A DNA stretch of 61,793 bases, the filler included, from Sanchytrium tribonematis (lineage: Eukaryota): NCBI GenBank assembly GCA_018985235.1. It is 5 parts of 5 records of this genome, joined end to end, with 100 filler letters (N's around TTAATTAATTAA, not from the genome) between each part and the next. Parts side by side here need not be neighbours in the genome. Positions count along the whole stretch, not along the records: positions 37,211 to 49,486 come from JADGIG010000226.1; positions 49,587 to 61,793 come from JADGIG010000227.1; 3 more parts are not named here. One strand, written 5' to 3'. The translations under genes and the position numbers were made by a program. The notes beneath the pieces were generated by a model. It was not told the origin of the DNA, did no database searches, and saw nothing but the letters and a program-made list of their open reading frames with translations. This document shows, piece by piece, positions 44,876-55,670 of the stretch. The first letter of the stretch is position 1, and each line of letters begins with the position of its first letter.

Positions 44876-46327
44876 ATGACCATAAAAAGCAGTAAATATA
44901 CCAGAATTCTTGATGATGATGATATTACTATTAAAGCAAGTAAATGGAATCAAATGCAACGCATCAAACAAAAGCTCGTTGGTCACGAAAAGTTATATAG
45001 AGTTATATATTTGATAATAACAATTTATTTGACCATTCAATTCATGAAATATTCACTTTTCAGCAATCAATCAATAGGAATCATAGTAGCTGGACAACTA
45101 ATCTGGTATTTATTTGAGTATAAAATTGAATTACCGATTCATAAAATTCTCCCCAAAATACCAAATAAATGGCAGGATAGTAAGTATTACCACAAGGAAT
45201 CATCAAGATCATATCACCTAGATGGTATTCGCGGTATAGCTTCCATTATTGTTTATAATAATCACGCTTTTAGTGATCAATTCTCCACTGAAAATCACAT
45301 AAAAAAATCTTCCTATGGTCCTGAATTTCGCAATTTAAGCGTGTGCATGGTTGTAGTATTTGTTTGTCTAAGTGGTTATGTATTAACGCAAGTATATTGG
45401 AATGATAAAAGATCAAATAATCTCTACAAGTTGATATTTGGTAGATTGTGTAGATTTTATCCCCTTCATATAGTTACCAGTGTTTTGTATTTTGCTGCAT
45501 GTGTCTATATTGGCAGATTCATGGATTCCTCATTCACCGATAGAGTGAGTGAATATAATGTCGTTAAATGCTTTTCTCTAACGCATTTATGGGACAAGTA
45601 CTGGTATCATTATGGAAATAAAATTGACGGAATCGAATGGATGCACACATGCAACATACCTGCCTGGTCTTTATCAACAGAATTGCTTCTTAATTTGTTT
45701 ATGTTTGTATGTATTAGATATATACCTGTATTTCTCAATATATTTTTATTTGTAGTCGCTAGCCAGATTGGAATCGTTGCTATTCAAGATGGCTCGTTGC
45801 TATATGAATATTTTTATCATTTTTTTGTGGCCGTTTTGGCGACAAAGATTTTTGGATGGATTAAAGTATCATTTATCCCTTTTCGATTAATATTTGATGT
45901 GGTTTGCGTGTATCAATTATCTCAAATCAAACACGCGTTTGAAATAGGTGGTGTATATAATCCACTTCTTGTTGCGACACATGTCAATGTCACTCACTAT
46001 TTTGTCGTATTAATGATATTATTGCAGCATTCTTATTTTATAGGAAAATTTGTAGGAAATCCACTATTTAGGTATCTGGGACGAATCAGTTTCAGTCTGT
46101 ACTTGATTCATTTTCCATTGCTGCTATTATTGAGCATTTGGCACCAAGGAATTCAATTTGTAGATAATGATGAGCAACATGTCTATATTATGCTTTTTGT
46201 AATTTTTATATCCGATTTAACTAATAGATTTGTAGAAGAACCACTAACAAAGAATTTCAATGAGAAATTTGGAATTTACAGTGAAAAATTAAAGCCCGTT
46301 TTACCAAAAGATAAAAGGGACGTGTAA
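44876..46327 (+). CDS. Acyltransferase-3 family (OafA/YrhL-like) membrane O-acyltransferase, paralog
   Basis: HLDGIRGIASIIVYNNH, FVCLSGYVL, RLCRFYP, WSLSTE, LGRISFSLYLIHFP, RFVEEP. Confidence 0.9.
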   Translation: MTIKSSKYTRILDDDDITIKASKWNQMQRIKQKLVGHEKLYRVIYLIITIYLTIQFMKYSLFSNQSIGIIVAGQLIWYLFEYKIELPIHKILPKIPNKWQDSKYYHKESSRSYHLDGIRGIASIIVYNNHAFSDQFSTENHIKKSSYGPEFRNLSVCMVVVFVCLSGYVLTQVYWNDKRSNNLYKLIFGRLCRFYPLHIVTSVLYFAACVYIGRFMDSSFTDRVSEYNVVKCFSLTHLWDKYWYHYGNKIDGIEWMHTCNIPAWSLSTELLLNLFMFVCIRYIPVFLNIFLFVVASQIGIVAIQDGSLLYEYFYHFFVAVLATKIFGWIKVSFIPFRLIFDVVCVYQLSQIKHAFEIGGVYNPLLVATHVNVTHYFVVLMILLQHSYFIGKFVGNPLFRYLGRISFSLYLIHFPLLLLLSIWHQGIQFVDNDEQHVYIMLFVIFISDLTNRFVEEPLTKNFNEKFGIYSEKLKPVLPKDKRDV

Positions 46328-46957
46328 AATAAATACTTGTATGTAATTAATTATAAAGTCAATACTAGCGGAACTTCTTGGGCAGAATAGGTGTACTCTA
46401 CTCTCCCCAATCTCTTTAATTGAAAATAAACAGCTAAACAATGTCGCCCAGTTAGCCAGCCAATCAAAGCTAATCTTCCAGCCCACAGATCGCCCTGTAC
46501 TGAAAGGCATCTATTCCATCAAGAATTTTCGAAATAATGTGTAAATACGTGACACCATATAGGATTAGTATATTGGAAGTGGTATTCAATTTGGATCCTC
46601 TATTGGCCTTGTTTTCATCCCACATGTTTCGCAATTATTCATTTATCTGTATATCAAAATCCTCAATGGTATTGGCGTTAAGTGGGATATAACCATTTAC
46701 TTTTTCACCAAAGGATATATAGATTTAAGCGATTTTATGTAAAAAGAGAGTGTTCTCAAATCCGATTGCATTTAAAAAATGCATTTTTTGAGCAGATTCT
46801 GTATGGAAATCCTAGATTTATGTTATAATTGATGTTCATTTGAATAAGTCTTGTTTAAATAATTTATTGATTGCTTCTTTTTGAATTGACTCTAATTTAT
46901 CCAAATATTTGACATTCCATAAAAGAAGGCAATAGCTTAAAATAAATCCAATCTCTG

Positions 46958-47039
46958 TGTAACAGGAATGTCATCTAGAACATTCTACATTCCAGTTATA
47001 AAGGAATCTTCCCCCAATAAATACCTTTCCCCCTTTACA
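46958..47039 (+). repeat. Putative 5' LTR, 82 bp
   Basis: TGTAA...TTACA inverted termini, internal TATAAA then AATAAA, directly followed by the PBS. Confidence 0.72.
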
Positions 47040-47049
47040 TGGTAGCGAG
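47040..47049 (+). promoter_or_regulatory. Primer-binding site TGGTAGCGAG (initiator tRNA-Met type)
   Basis: Abuts the LTR-terminal CA; TGGTAGCG matches the tRNA-iMet PBS core of yeast Ty1/Ty3. Confidence 0.75.
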
Positions 47050-49486
47050 TGATCTACGTGAAACCGACCCACAGGAACAACACAGAACTTCCACGAACAT
47101 CTATGAAGAACAATTAGATTTAGAAACAAATTCAAATGGAGAAACTTTGGTTCGAATTCCAAAAACTTCCAATGAAAATGAACCCACTAGTACACCAGTG
47201 ACAACAATTGATGAAGATCCTACTAATTTAGAAACGATGATGAAAGAATTCAAAGAGATGAAAAAAAGTATTGAACAAATTACTAAGTATCCAAGTCCTG
47301 GTCAAATGTAACCACCACCTTGGGTAATATCCAACAGCGTCAACGATATTGTTAAAGACTTTAAAAACAACATTCCCGGATTTGACGAAAAGAGAGATAA
47401 AATCGAAGATTGGCTTTCTAAAATGGAAGACAATAATAAGGAACTACTCGGATGGGATCAGGACAGACTCTATAAAGAAGTCAAATTAAGACTGCCATCG
47501 TCCCTTTTCAAACACATTCAATATTGTGAAAAGAATTATAAAAGTTTGAAAGACACTTTACTGTTGGAATTGAAACCACCAAGCAATGATATAAAATTCA
47601 CCAATGAATTTTTTCGCTTGTCTCAGAGACAAATCAATCAATTCAGCAGTACGTGAAAGTGCTCAAAGAATTTCATCAGAAATGCAATTTTGATACAGAG
47701 GATCCAAATGAGTGTGTAATTTTCTTTCGAAAATTTTGTTCATCTCTACAAGACTCTAGAATTATGAGACAGATAAAAGCAGAATACTCACAAGATCGAT
47801 GCAAAAACTTCCGCGATGCGTACGAGTTGGCAATTAACTTAGAATCAGAAGCAACAAATTCTTTCAAGACCAACATTCCTAATAAGCGAAAGTTTACAAA
47901 TGACAAGAGCTTCTTTTAACCGCAAAAGAAAGCATTTAAAAGTTAAATCCACTGAACGTGCCAACGGCTTAAATCTTAACATTTTAGGCTTTGTACAATG
48001 TAATGTTTACTACAGAAATACAACCATAAAACAAAATTTTCATGTCATTAAAAATTTGACAAACGAGATCATCATTGACAGAGACAGCAAGAGACTTCAG
48101 AATATGAAGATTGATTTTGAACGAAACTTAATATGGATTAATGGAATTTCAATACGCATGAGTCGTAGCCAAGATGAAGTTGCCATACAAACCGCTGTAT
48201 AAACTACGTAAGTACTACTAAAAACAGTAAATTGGAGAAATTTTGAATACAAGAAATATATAAGGATATGAAAAATGATATACGCAGATGAAAACGGTGA
48301 GAATACTATTAATGAGCTAGTATAAATCGTGAATTGTCAAAAAAAGATCAAAGCACTTTATTTAATATAGCGAACAAATATACATTACTTTTCAGAATGG
48401 AGTCTAAACAAGTGTTAAAACCAGACATCACATTCGGACAGAATGTGAACCGATTAGATCCGGAATCCCTAGACTTAGTACTAGAGAATGTGAAATAGTG
48501 AGAGAGGAATGTGATAATATGTTTCAAAATGACGTTATTGAGCCGTCTAATTCGGATTGGAGATCCGCAGTGGTTTTAATGCCAAAACCAAATGGATCTG
48601 TTCGATTTTGTGTAAACTATAAGCAATTAAACAAACAGACGAAGTTTGACGCGTATCCGTTACCGAATTTACATTCTCTACTAGACAAATTAAATGGATC
48701 CAAATATTTTATTTCTTTAGATCTGAAATCGGGATATTGGCAAATTAATTTAGCAGATCCCGACAAAGAAAAAACGGCCTTTGTGACACCATTCGGGCTT
48801 TATCAATTCAAAGTAATGCCATTTGGATTATCAACCGCTCCGGCTACATTTCAAAGACTAATGAATGAAATATTTGACAAAATGATAGGTAAAGACTTAT
48901 TAGTATAACTAGATGATTTATTGATTTTTGCAAAATCTATGGAAGAATTAATAGAAAAGTTTGAAAGGGTTCTAATTTAACTTGAATCCCACGGTTTAAC
49001 TTTGAGTGCAAAGAAATGTAAAATTGGAATGACAGAGATCGATTTTCTGGGATTCAAAGTGTCCGGAAAGGGAATACAAGCTTCAAACCAGAAAATAGAG
49101 GCGACCAAAAAGTTACAAACACCAAAATCAGTTACTCAGGTCAGACAATTCCTGGGCCTGACAAGCTTTTATCGTTGCTTTATTCATAGATACGCAACAA
49201 TAAGTCAGCCACTGTTGGAATTGACTAAAAAGAATGCGATTTTTAGATGGTCCGATGACTGTACAAAAGCCTTCGAAAGTCTAAAGAAGATAATTGTATC
49301 AGATCAAGTAACTTTAGCACATCCGAAATTTGATCAGCCATTTTACGTATACACAGATGCAAGTAAATACGGAATCGGAGCCGTATTAGCTCAAGATAAA
49401 CGACCAGTATGGTTTATATCAAGAGTATTACAGGGTGCTGAGACCAACTATGATGTCAGAGAGAAAGAATGCTTAGCGATTCTATA

Positions 49487-49586
49487 NNNNNNNNNNNNNN
49501 NNNNNNNNNNNNNNNNNNNNNNNNNNNNNNTTAATTAATTAANNNNNNNNNNNNNNNNNNNNNNNNNNNNNNNNNNNNNNNNNNNN
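49487..49586. other. Artificial contig linker
   Basis: N44-TTAATTAATTAA-N44. Confidence 0.98.
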
Positions 49587-49588
49587 CT

Positions 49589-50884
49589 CAACCTGACTTT
49601 CCAGATTCAGAATCATCCTTAAGCTTAGAACCTATTAGAAATAACAAATTGAGAAGATCTAAGGAACAACACAAAGCCCGTGTTCCTGAAGGAATTATTG
49701 CCATGATACAAAAATTTATTGGTACTGAGAATATATGGAATTGTATAAAGAATGGAGGTATTGAAGCATTTCTTCATGAATTGTCCATTGTCAAACCTCC
49801 TCAGCAATTTCGAGGGATTTTAGCAGTGGTTGCTGTAGCTTATGTTGAAATGACTCGACTGTTATCCAGTGGAAGAATTGGAGAATTTATCGTGGATGAT
49901 AGCTCGTCAATTCCTAATTATTATTCCCAAGACCTTAAAGACACGACTTATGCGGAGCTTATGAAAGTAGGTGCATCATCTAAGAAGGTGCATTATAATT
50001 ATAATGATTACCTGTCATTTATCAATTCTCCTGCAATACTTGGAAAACTAAATTCAGAAGAAGAATTTTTGGAATTTTTATCAGCAGACTTCATATATAC
50101 TGATGTCACCGCTGGAACAGTAATAGATTGCGCTGTAGTTAAATCTGATATTTTAAACAGAAAGATAGATAGCTACGCAAGGAATTACGTAGTCAAGCGA
50201 GTGATCAGTCACCAAAATTCTGGGTTTTTCTCGGCACTTCTCGTTCCCTATGGTGGACAGTCTAATTTAAAGCAGTACAAGCACATTCTCGTCACCCGAG
50301 GAACTAGCCTATTAAAATCAAAAAAGGAATCAGAACAGAATGTATGCAACGGTGTCTTTACTCTAGATCTGGACCTTTCAGGTGTGGGAAATAGTTTTTC
50401 ACAATGGTTGGACTTTCATAATATTTTAGGTGAAACCTTAAAGCCCTATGCAAATGCCCCATTTGTTTTTACTGGCCATTCTTTAGGAGGTGTGATGAGT
50501 ATGAGAATTCTAAATATTATGCACAACATGTTTAATGGCATCTTTCAACAAAGCTATGTGTTTTCATTTAACAATCCTAAAATAGAAGTACATTCAATGA
50601 AGAATGTACTCGAGAATCCAAACAAAGTTGTCGTATTCAAAAGCAATAATGACTTTATTAGCTTTATGCCGGGTCATTTGCCAGATTCCGGATTTTTGAC
50701 GTTTCAACGAAATTTGGATTCAATTAGAAAGGTATTGGGAATTAAAGTGGATATTGTAAGTAGACATACTCTTGCACCATTGGTAGCACTAGCCATTTCA
50801 GATCAAAAGTTTCAAGACTTTACGATTAGAAATGTTCAGCTATTAGATGACGTAAAACAACATTTACAAGAAATAAACACGTAA
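49589..50884 (+). CDS. Lipase class-3-like alpha/beta hydrolase, 5'-partial
   Basis: LVTRGT, FTGHSLGG nucleophile elbow, FNNP, NDFISFMP, distal His (SRHT). Confidence 0.75.
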   Translation, partial: QPDFPDSESSLSLEPIRNNKLRRSKEQHKARVPEGIIAMIQKFIGTENIWNCIKNGGIEAFLHELSIVKPPQQFRGILAVVAVAYVEMTRLLSSGRIGEFIVDDSSSIPNYYSQDLKDTTYAELMKVGASSKKVHYNYNDYLSFINSPAILGKLNSEEEFLEFLSADFIYTDVTAGTVIDCAVVKSDILNRKIDSYARNYVVKRVISHQNSGFFSALLVPYGGQSNLKQYKHILVTRGTSLLKSKKESEQNVCNGVFTLDLDLSGVGNSFSQWLDFHNILGETLKPYANAPFVFTGHSLGGVMSMRILNIMHNMFNGIFQQSYVFSFNNPKIEVHSMKNVLENPNKVVVFKSNNDFISFMPGHLPDSGFLTFQRNLDSIRKVLGIKVDIVSRHTLAPLVALAISDQKFQDFTIRNVQLLDDVKQHLQEINT

Positions 50885-50885
50885 A

Positions 50886-51590
50886 TTATTTTATTGGTGG
50901 TTGAACAGGAACCAAATTTTTTTCAGGTGGTGGGTAAGTTCTGTCACTGTCTAATGGTGAAAGGTCCCCACAGAATACAAAAGGCGTTATTTCTCTAGAC
51001 TTACATTTTTTGCATATAATAAACGCTTCCAAGCTAGATTGTCTTGAAGATTGCGGTTTTGCAACATTAATTTCCTCAAAAATTTCCTCTAGCTGAGAAT
51101 ATAATAAACCAATATCCCTTCCTCGGAATATTTTTGCAACAAATGTTCCATCATCCTTAAGAAGTTCAACTACCAACTTCACTGCTGACAAAATTAATTG
51201 GGACTGTATATATTCATCTAGATCGTGAAGACCAGTAACATCTGGGGCACCATCACAAACAATTAGATCAACCTTTTCATCAAAAAACTCATTAATTTTT
51301 GCGAGTGTCGAAGGATGGGTGATGTCACCTTTTAACAAAACTACACCTTTAATTGGGGCCATCGTTTGAAGATCTACTGTCAATATTTTAGATCCCTCGG
51401 GTAATTTTTGCGATAGTACCTGACTCCAACTTCCAGGTGCTCCACATAAATCTATGGCAGTTTTTGCTGTAGATAGAAAATTAAATTGGGTGTCTAATTG
51501 GAGTAATTTATATGCACTTCGGGCTCTATAGCCCTCTTCTTTCGCGAGCCGATAATATATATCTCTTTTGTCTTTGCTGCTTCTTCCCAT
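50886..51590 (-). CDS. TRM7: tRNA 2'-O-ribose methyltransferase Trm7/FTSJ1
   Basis: [63 protein letters not shown]. Confidence 0.96.
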   Translation of the reverse strand: MGRSSKDKRDIYYRLAKEEGYRARSAYKLLQLDTQFNFLSTAKTAIDLCGAPGSWSQVLSQKLPEGSKILTVDLQTMAPIKGVVLLKGDITHPSTLAKINEFFDEKVDLIVCDGAPDVTGLHDLDEYIQSQLILSAVKLVVELLKDDGTFVAKIFRGRDIGLLYSQLEEIFEEINVAKPQSSRQSSLEAFIICKKCKSREITPFVFCGDLSPLDSDRTYPPPEKNLVPVQPPIK

Positions 51591-51632
51591 TTTCTTTGTG
51601 CGTTTTCAATTGAAGGAGAATTTTGTTTTATC

Positions 51633-52709
51633 ATGACTACTCTAGAAGTCAATATGACTTTAAATGTTGAGCGCAATGGAGAGTGGATACCTGGAAAGAT
51701 TAAAAAAATAGAAAATGATTTGTATTACATTGAATACTTGAAAATCAATCGTCGTTATGATGAATGGGTTAGCTTGGATCGACTAGATGCTTCAACAGCT
51801 CAAATGGTGCAAGAAAAGAAGAAAGATCATCATGAGACGTATCCTAAAAATATCAACAAGCTTATTTTTGGTGACTACATACTAGAGCCTTGGTATTTTA
51901 GCGCATTTCCAGAAGAAATTTGTGATACAAAGACAGTTTATATTTGTGAATTTTGTCTTAAACCTTTAGATGAGGATCGCTTCATTAGGCACCAAGAGAA
52001 ATGTCAATTTTTTCACCCACCTGGAAATGAAATATATAAACACGAGGATCTCTCATTTTTTGAATTAGACGGTAGATACCATAAGCAGTATTGTAGATAC
52101 TTATCTCTAATTAGCAAGTGCTTTTTAGATCACAAAACATTAGCATTTGATGTTGATCCGTTTCTATTTTATTTATTAGTTCAATGGGATGATAATGGTG
52201 CACATTTAATTGGATATTTCTCAAAAGAAAAAGATAGCCAGCAACAATATAATCTTGCGTGTATTCTGACTATGCCGCAGCATATGAAAAAAGGTTATGG
52301 TCGGCTATTGATTCAATTTTCTTATGAATTGAGCAAAATTGAAAAAAAGATTGGCAGTCCCGAGAAGCCTTTGTCTGATCTAGGTCTTCTCTCTTATATA
52401 GATTACTGGTCTGAAACTATAATGGATAAATTGTTTGAAATCTATAGTAAGCCAGAGCTGGGAGAGGCTGCAGAAATCAGTTTAGACCATCTTAGCAGAT
52501 TAACTAGCATCACAATTGACGATCTGCTCCGAGCCTTCCAAATTATGGGTGCATTAAAATGGCACAATGGGCAGCAAACTATAATCATACCCACTAAAAT
52601 AAGAGAATTATACGAGAACAAAAAGAAGAAGATGAGAAGAGAAATCGATCCATCATGTATTAAGTGGACACCTCCGAACTATTTGAAAATGGAAAAATAT
52701 CTTAATTAA
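51633..52709 (+). CDS. ESA1: MYST histone acetyltransferase (chromo-barrel + MYST), Esa1/Tip60-like
   Basis: NRRYDEWV, PWYFSAFP, YICEFCL, HPPGNEIY, FLDHKTL, YNLACIL, GSPEKPLSDLG. Confidence 0.9.
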   Translation: MTTLEVNMTLNVERNGEWIPGKIKKIENDLYYIEYLKINRRYDEWVSLDRLDASTAQMVQEKKKDHHETYPKNINKLIFGDYILEPWYFSAFPEEICDTKTVYICEFCLKPLDEDRFIRHQEKCQFFHPPGNEIYKHEDLSFFELDGRYHKQYCRYLSLISKCFLDHKTLAFDVDPFLFYLLVQWDDNGAHLIGYFSKEKDSQQQYNLACILTMPQHMKKGYGRLLIQFSYELSKIEKKIGSPEKPLSDLGLLSYIDYWSETIMDKLFEIYSKPELGEAAEISLDHLSRLTSITIDDLLRAFQIMGALKWHNGQQTIIIPTKIRELYENKKKKMRREIDPSCIKWTPPNYLKMEKYLN

Positions 52710-52760
52710 GTAAATATAATTTATCTGAACTACGGAGGCAACAAAGTTTTACTTCGACAA

Positions 52761-54041
52761 ATGGACCAGCCGCCCAACACTTTCACTATATCTCAATATG
52801 CAAAGAAAGCCGCACAAGACTTGCAAGTAATGTCAGTCGAAGAAAGAAACGAGCTTCTTGATAAATTATATAAAGCATTGATCAACAAAAAGGATGAGAT
52901 ATTAAATGCAAATTTATTGGACATCCAACAAAATAATGAACAATCATTAGAAGCCCGTCTTCTTTTAACAAGTGAAAAATTTGATAGCATGACTCAAGGG
53001 ATACTGGACATCATCTCATTACCGGATCCTTTTGTCAATCATTGGTGCAAAGAATTAGATGATGGCTTAGTATTATACAAAGTTGCTTGTCCAATCGGTG
53101 TCATCCTAGCCATATTTGAGGCCAGACCAGAGGTGGTTATTCAGATTGCGTCCTTATGCATAAAGAGTGGCAATGCGTGCATTCTAAAGGGTGGAAAGGA
53201 ATCCATTAACACTGTAAAATATTTTCAGGAAATTATTACAAATCTATATCAAAGTGTTAAACCAGTTCAATTTGTGCATTCGAGAGAGTCAATTTCAAGC
53301 TTAATTACTATGGAGGAGGTCGATCTAATTATTCCACGAGGAAGCAAATCTTTGGTAAAGCATATTCAGCAAAATTCCACCAGGCCGGTACTAGGACATG
53401 CTGACGGTATAAATTCAATTTTCGTAGATGACAGCGCAGATGTCAAAATGGCAATTCATTGCATAATTGACGCTAAGACAGATTATCCAGCAGCATGTAA
53501 CTCGGTTGAAACTCTATTAATACATCGCAATTGGAACCCGGAAAATACCAGTCTGCTATTTAATGCTTTGGCGGATGCAAAAGTTGAGATTAAAGCGAGT
53601 GAGGATGTTTTGAACAAATTTCCTAATTCAAATTTAACATTGGCAATAGAGGCAGATTTCGACACCGAATTCCTGGACTTGAAGATTGCAGTTAAATATG
53701 TCAATGATGTGCATGATGCGATTTCTCATATAGGTATCCATGGGTCTAAGCATACCGATTGCATAATCAGCGAGTCAAAAAATAATGCAAATTTATTTCT
53801 CAGATCAGTTGACGCTGCTGGAGTGTACTGGAATTGCTCTACCAGGTTTGCCGATGGATTTAGATACGGCTTTGGTGCTGAAGTGGGAGTGTCGACTAAT
53901 AAAATACACGCGAGGGGACCAGTCGGCCTAGAAGGTCTGTTAATCTACAAATATCTTTTAAAAGGAAACGGCCAAGGTGCTTCTGACTATAAAAAGAAAT
54001 CCTTTAAACACATAATGCTTGAAAATAAAACTTTTAAATAG
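52761..54041 (+). CDS. PRO2: Gamma-glutamyl phosphate reductase
   Basis: PIGVILAIFEARP, LKGGKES, IPRGS, YPAACNSVETLL, STRFADGFRYGFGAEVGVSTNKIHARGPVGLEGL. Confidence 0.96.
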   Translation: MDQPPNTFTISQYAKKAAQDLQVMSVEERNELLDKLYKALINKKDEILNANLLDIQQNNEQSLEARLLLTSEKFDSMTQGILDIISLPDPFVNHWCKELDDGLVLYKVACPIGVILAIFEARPEVVIQIASLCIKSGNACILKGGKESINTVKYFQEIITNLYQSVKPVQFVHSRESISSLITMEEVDLIIPRGSKSLVKHIQQNSTRPVLGHADGINSIFVDDSADVKMAIHCIIDAKTDYPAACNSVETLLIHRNWNPENTSLLFNALADAKVEIKASEDVLNKFPNSNLTLAIEADFDTEFLDLKIAVKYVNDVHDAISHIGIHGSKHTDCIISESKNNANLFLRSVDAAGVYWNCSTRFADGFRYGFGAEVGVSTNKIHARGPVGLEGLLIYKYLLKGNGQGASDYKKKSFKHIMLENKTFK

Positions 54042-54059
54042 AAATCTTATGAATTCAAT

Positions 54060-54485
54060 TTATTTTCCAGTGCTACCAAAACCACCAGAACCTCTCACTG
54101 AATCAGGAAGGGTGGCAACTTCTTTTACCTCTGGAGTTCCAATTTTCTCAATCACTAACTGTGCAACTCTATCGCCTTTTTTTACTTCATAATCTTCAGA
54201 GTTGAAATTGAAAAGCACAACACCAACTGGTCCACGATAGTCACTGTCAATAACACCTGCGCCAACATCTATAAAATGCTTAGCAGCCAAAGAACTTCTT
54301 GGAGCTATTCTACCATAGTAGCCATTTGGGATCGCCATAGAAATATCAGTTGGTACAATTCCTTTTCCTTGAGCTTTCAAAACGGTATCTTTAGCAGCAA
54401 AAATGTCATATCCTGCAGCAAATTCCGAGTGTCTCTCAGGCAATTTGGCATTCTCGCTTAATTTTTGCACAAGTAGGGGGTCCAT
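54060..54485 (-). CDS. DUT1: dUTP pyrophosphatase
   Basis: [43 protein letters not shown]. Confidence 0.97.
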   Translation of the reverse strand: MDPLLVQKLSENAKLPERHSEFAAGYDIFAAKDTVLKAQGKGIVPTDISMAIPNGYYGRIAPRSSLAAKHFIDVGAGVIDSDYRGPVGVVLFNFNSEDYEVKKGDRVAQLVIEKIGTPEVKEVATLPDSVRGSGGFGSTGK

Positions 54486-54503
54486 CAGGTTGTTAGAAAT
54501 AAT

Positions 54504-55358
54504 TTATTGTACCTTTGACTTTCCCACTGGTGTGAGATATCGCACTACCTGTCTTCGAAAAGGAATTAATGGATTCAGAATTCTCACCAATGGCCAATAA
54601 ATTAATACTGGTGTAAACCAAGAATTAAAACGGTATCTCATTGCAAAGGCAATTTCTTTAGCAGCATATTCACTAGTAACTTTTAAACTATCGCCTTTCA
54701 TATAGCTAGTCATTTCTGTCTTAATAAATCCTGGTTTAATATTTGTAAACCAAAAACCCTCTGATTCAAGTTCCATCGCTGCACTCTCAAGAAAAATGCT
54801 TAAAGCAGCTTTGCTAGCACTATAAGCTCCTTTTTGTGAGCGAGCAATATCAGCTGCTACACTAGTTACAACCACAACATGTGGATCTTTGATGTGAAAT
54901 TGTTTAGCGTAACTAACAAACACATTTATACATGACATAGGTCCAAGTAAATTTGTCTCCAATACACTCAAATCCTTATCAAACGCTCCTTTACTTCCAA
55001 CAGCATGCGTACTATTTACACCAGCATTTAATACGATTGTGTCAATGGGACCCGCCAAATGGGTTGCACGCTCAAACAATTCATCATAATGGTCAAATTC
55101 AGTCACGTCAAAAGGTACTGCATACGCTTTTACATTGTATTTCGAAACAATCTCTTCTTTGACCGCCCTAAGCTGTTTTTCGTTTCTTGCAGTTAAAATG
55201 ACATCAAGTCCATTTTTGGCCAATTCTAATGCAACATCTCTTCCAATCCCTTTCGAAGCTCCAGTAACTAAAACAGTCTTTCCTTTGGGTGCAAATGGAA
55301 GCAATCTATAAACGTAATACAAAAATTGAATGAATTTGTAAACAATTGATTGCAACAT
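54504..55358 (-). CDS. Short-chain dehydrogenase/reductase
   Basis: TGASKGIG, LNAG, YSASK, PGFIKTEM. Confidence 0.9.
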   Translation of the reverse strand: MLQSIVYKFIQFLYYVYRLLPFAPKGKTVLVTGASKGIGRDVALELAKNGLDVILTARNEKQLRAVKEEIVSKYNVKAYAVPFDVTEFDHYDELFERATHLAGPIDTIVLNAGVNSTHAVGSKGAFDKDLSVLETNLLGPMSCINVFVSYAKQFHIKDPHVVVVTSVAADIARSQKGAYSASKAALSIFLESAAMELESEGFWFTNIKPGFIKTEMTSYMKGDSLKVTSEYAAKEIAFAMRYRFNSWFTPVLIYWPLVRILNPLIPFRRQVVRYLTPVGKSKVQ

Positions 55359-55489
55359 GGAGAACTTAAAATAAAGTTTGATTGATTTAATTTCTTGCTT
55401 TTAATGGTATAGAAGTTTTAATATCTACAATCAAATGCAATAAAAGATTAAACATGGTATGTTGTCTACCTCGGAAGTAAAAATAATAT

Positions 55490-55563
55490 CGCTCCCGGGT
55501 GGGCTTGAACCACCATCCTTTCGGTTAACAGCCGAACGCGCTAGCCGATTGCGCCACGGAAGC
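55490..55563 (-). tRNA. tRNA-Asn (GTT), intronless
   Basis: Reverse complement GCTTCCGTGGCGCAATCGGCTAGCGCGTTCGGCTGTTAACCGAAAGGATGGTGGTTCAAGCCCACCCGGGAGCG folds as a cloverleaf; anticodon arm TTCGG-CTGTTAA-CCGAA. Confidence 0.96.
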
Positions 55564-55670
55564 TTGAAACTTTATTAAAATTTTCCTATGAGTCCAGATT
55601 TTCTAGACACATTTTTGAGTTGTTGATTGGCTATATTGCGATATTAAAAGTCGAGTCGACTCCTTCAATC

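Larger units (their letters stand above)
46958..49486 (+). mobile_element. Degenerate Ty3/Gypsy LTR retrotransposon (5' LTR, PBS, gag, protease remnant, RT, RNase H), cut by the contig end
   Basis: RT motifs RFCVNYKQLN, LDLKSGYWQI, KTAF, MPFGLSTAPATFQ, V*LDD; RNase H YTDASKYGIGAVLAQ. Several stops and frameshifts. Confidence 0.95.

Noticed and set aside
12316..49586. Four regularly spaced TTAATTAATTAA palindromes within N runs
   Set aside because: Artificial six-frame-stop linkers. The spacing reflects size-sorted contigs (12315, 12301, 12294, 12276, 12207 nt), so adjacency across them has no meaning.
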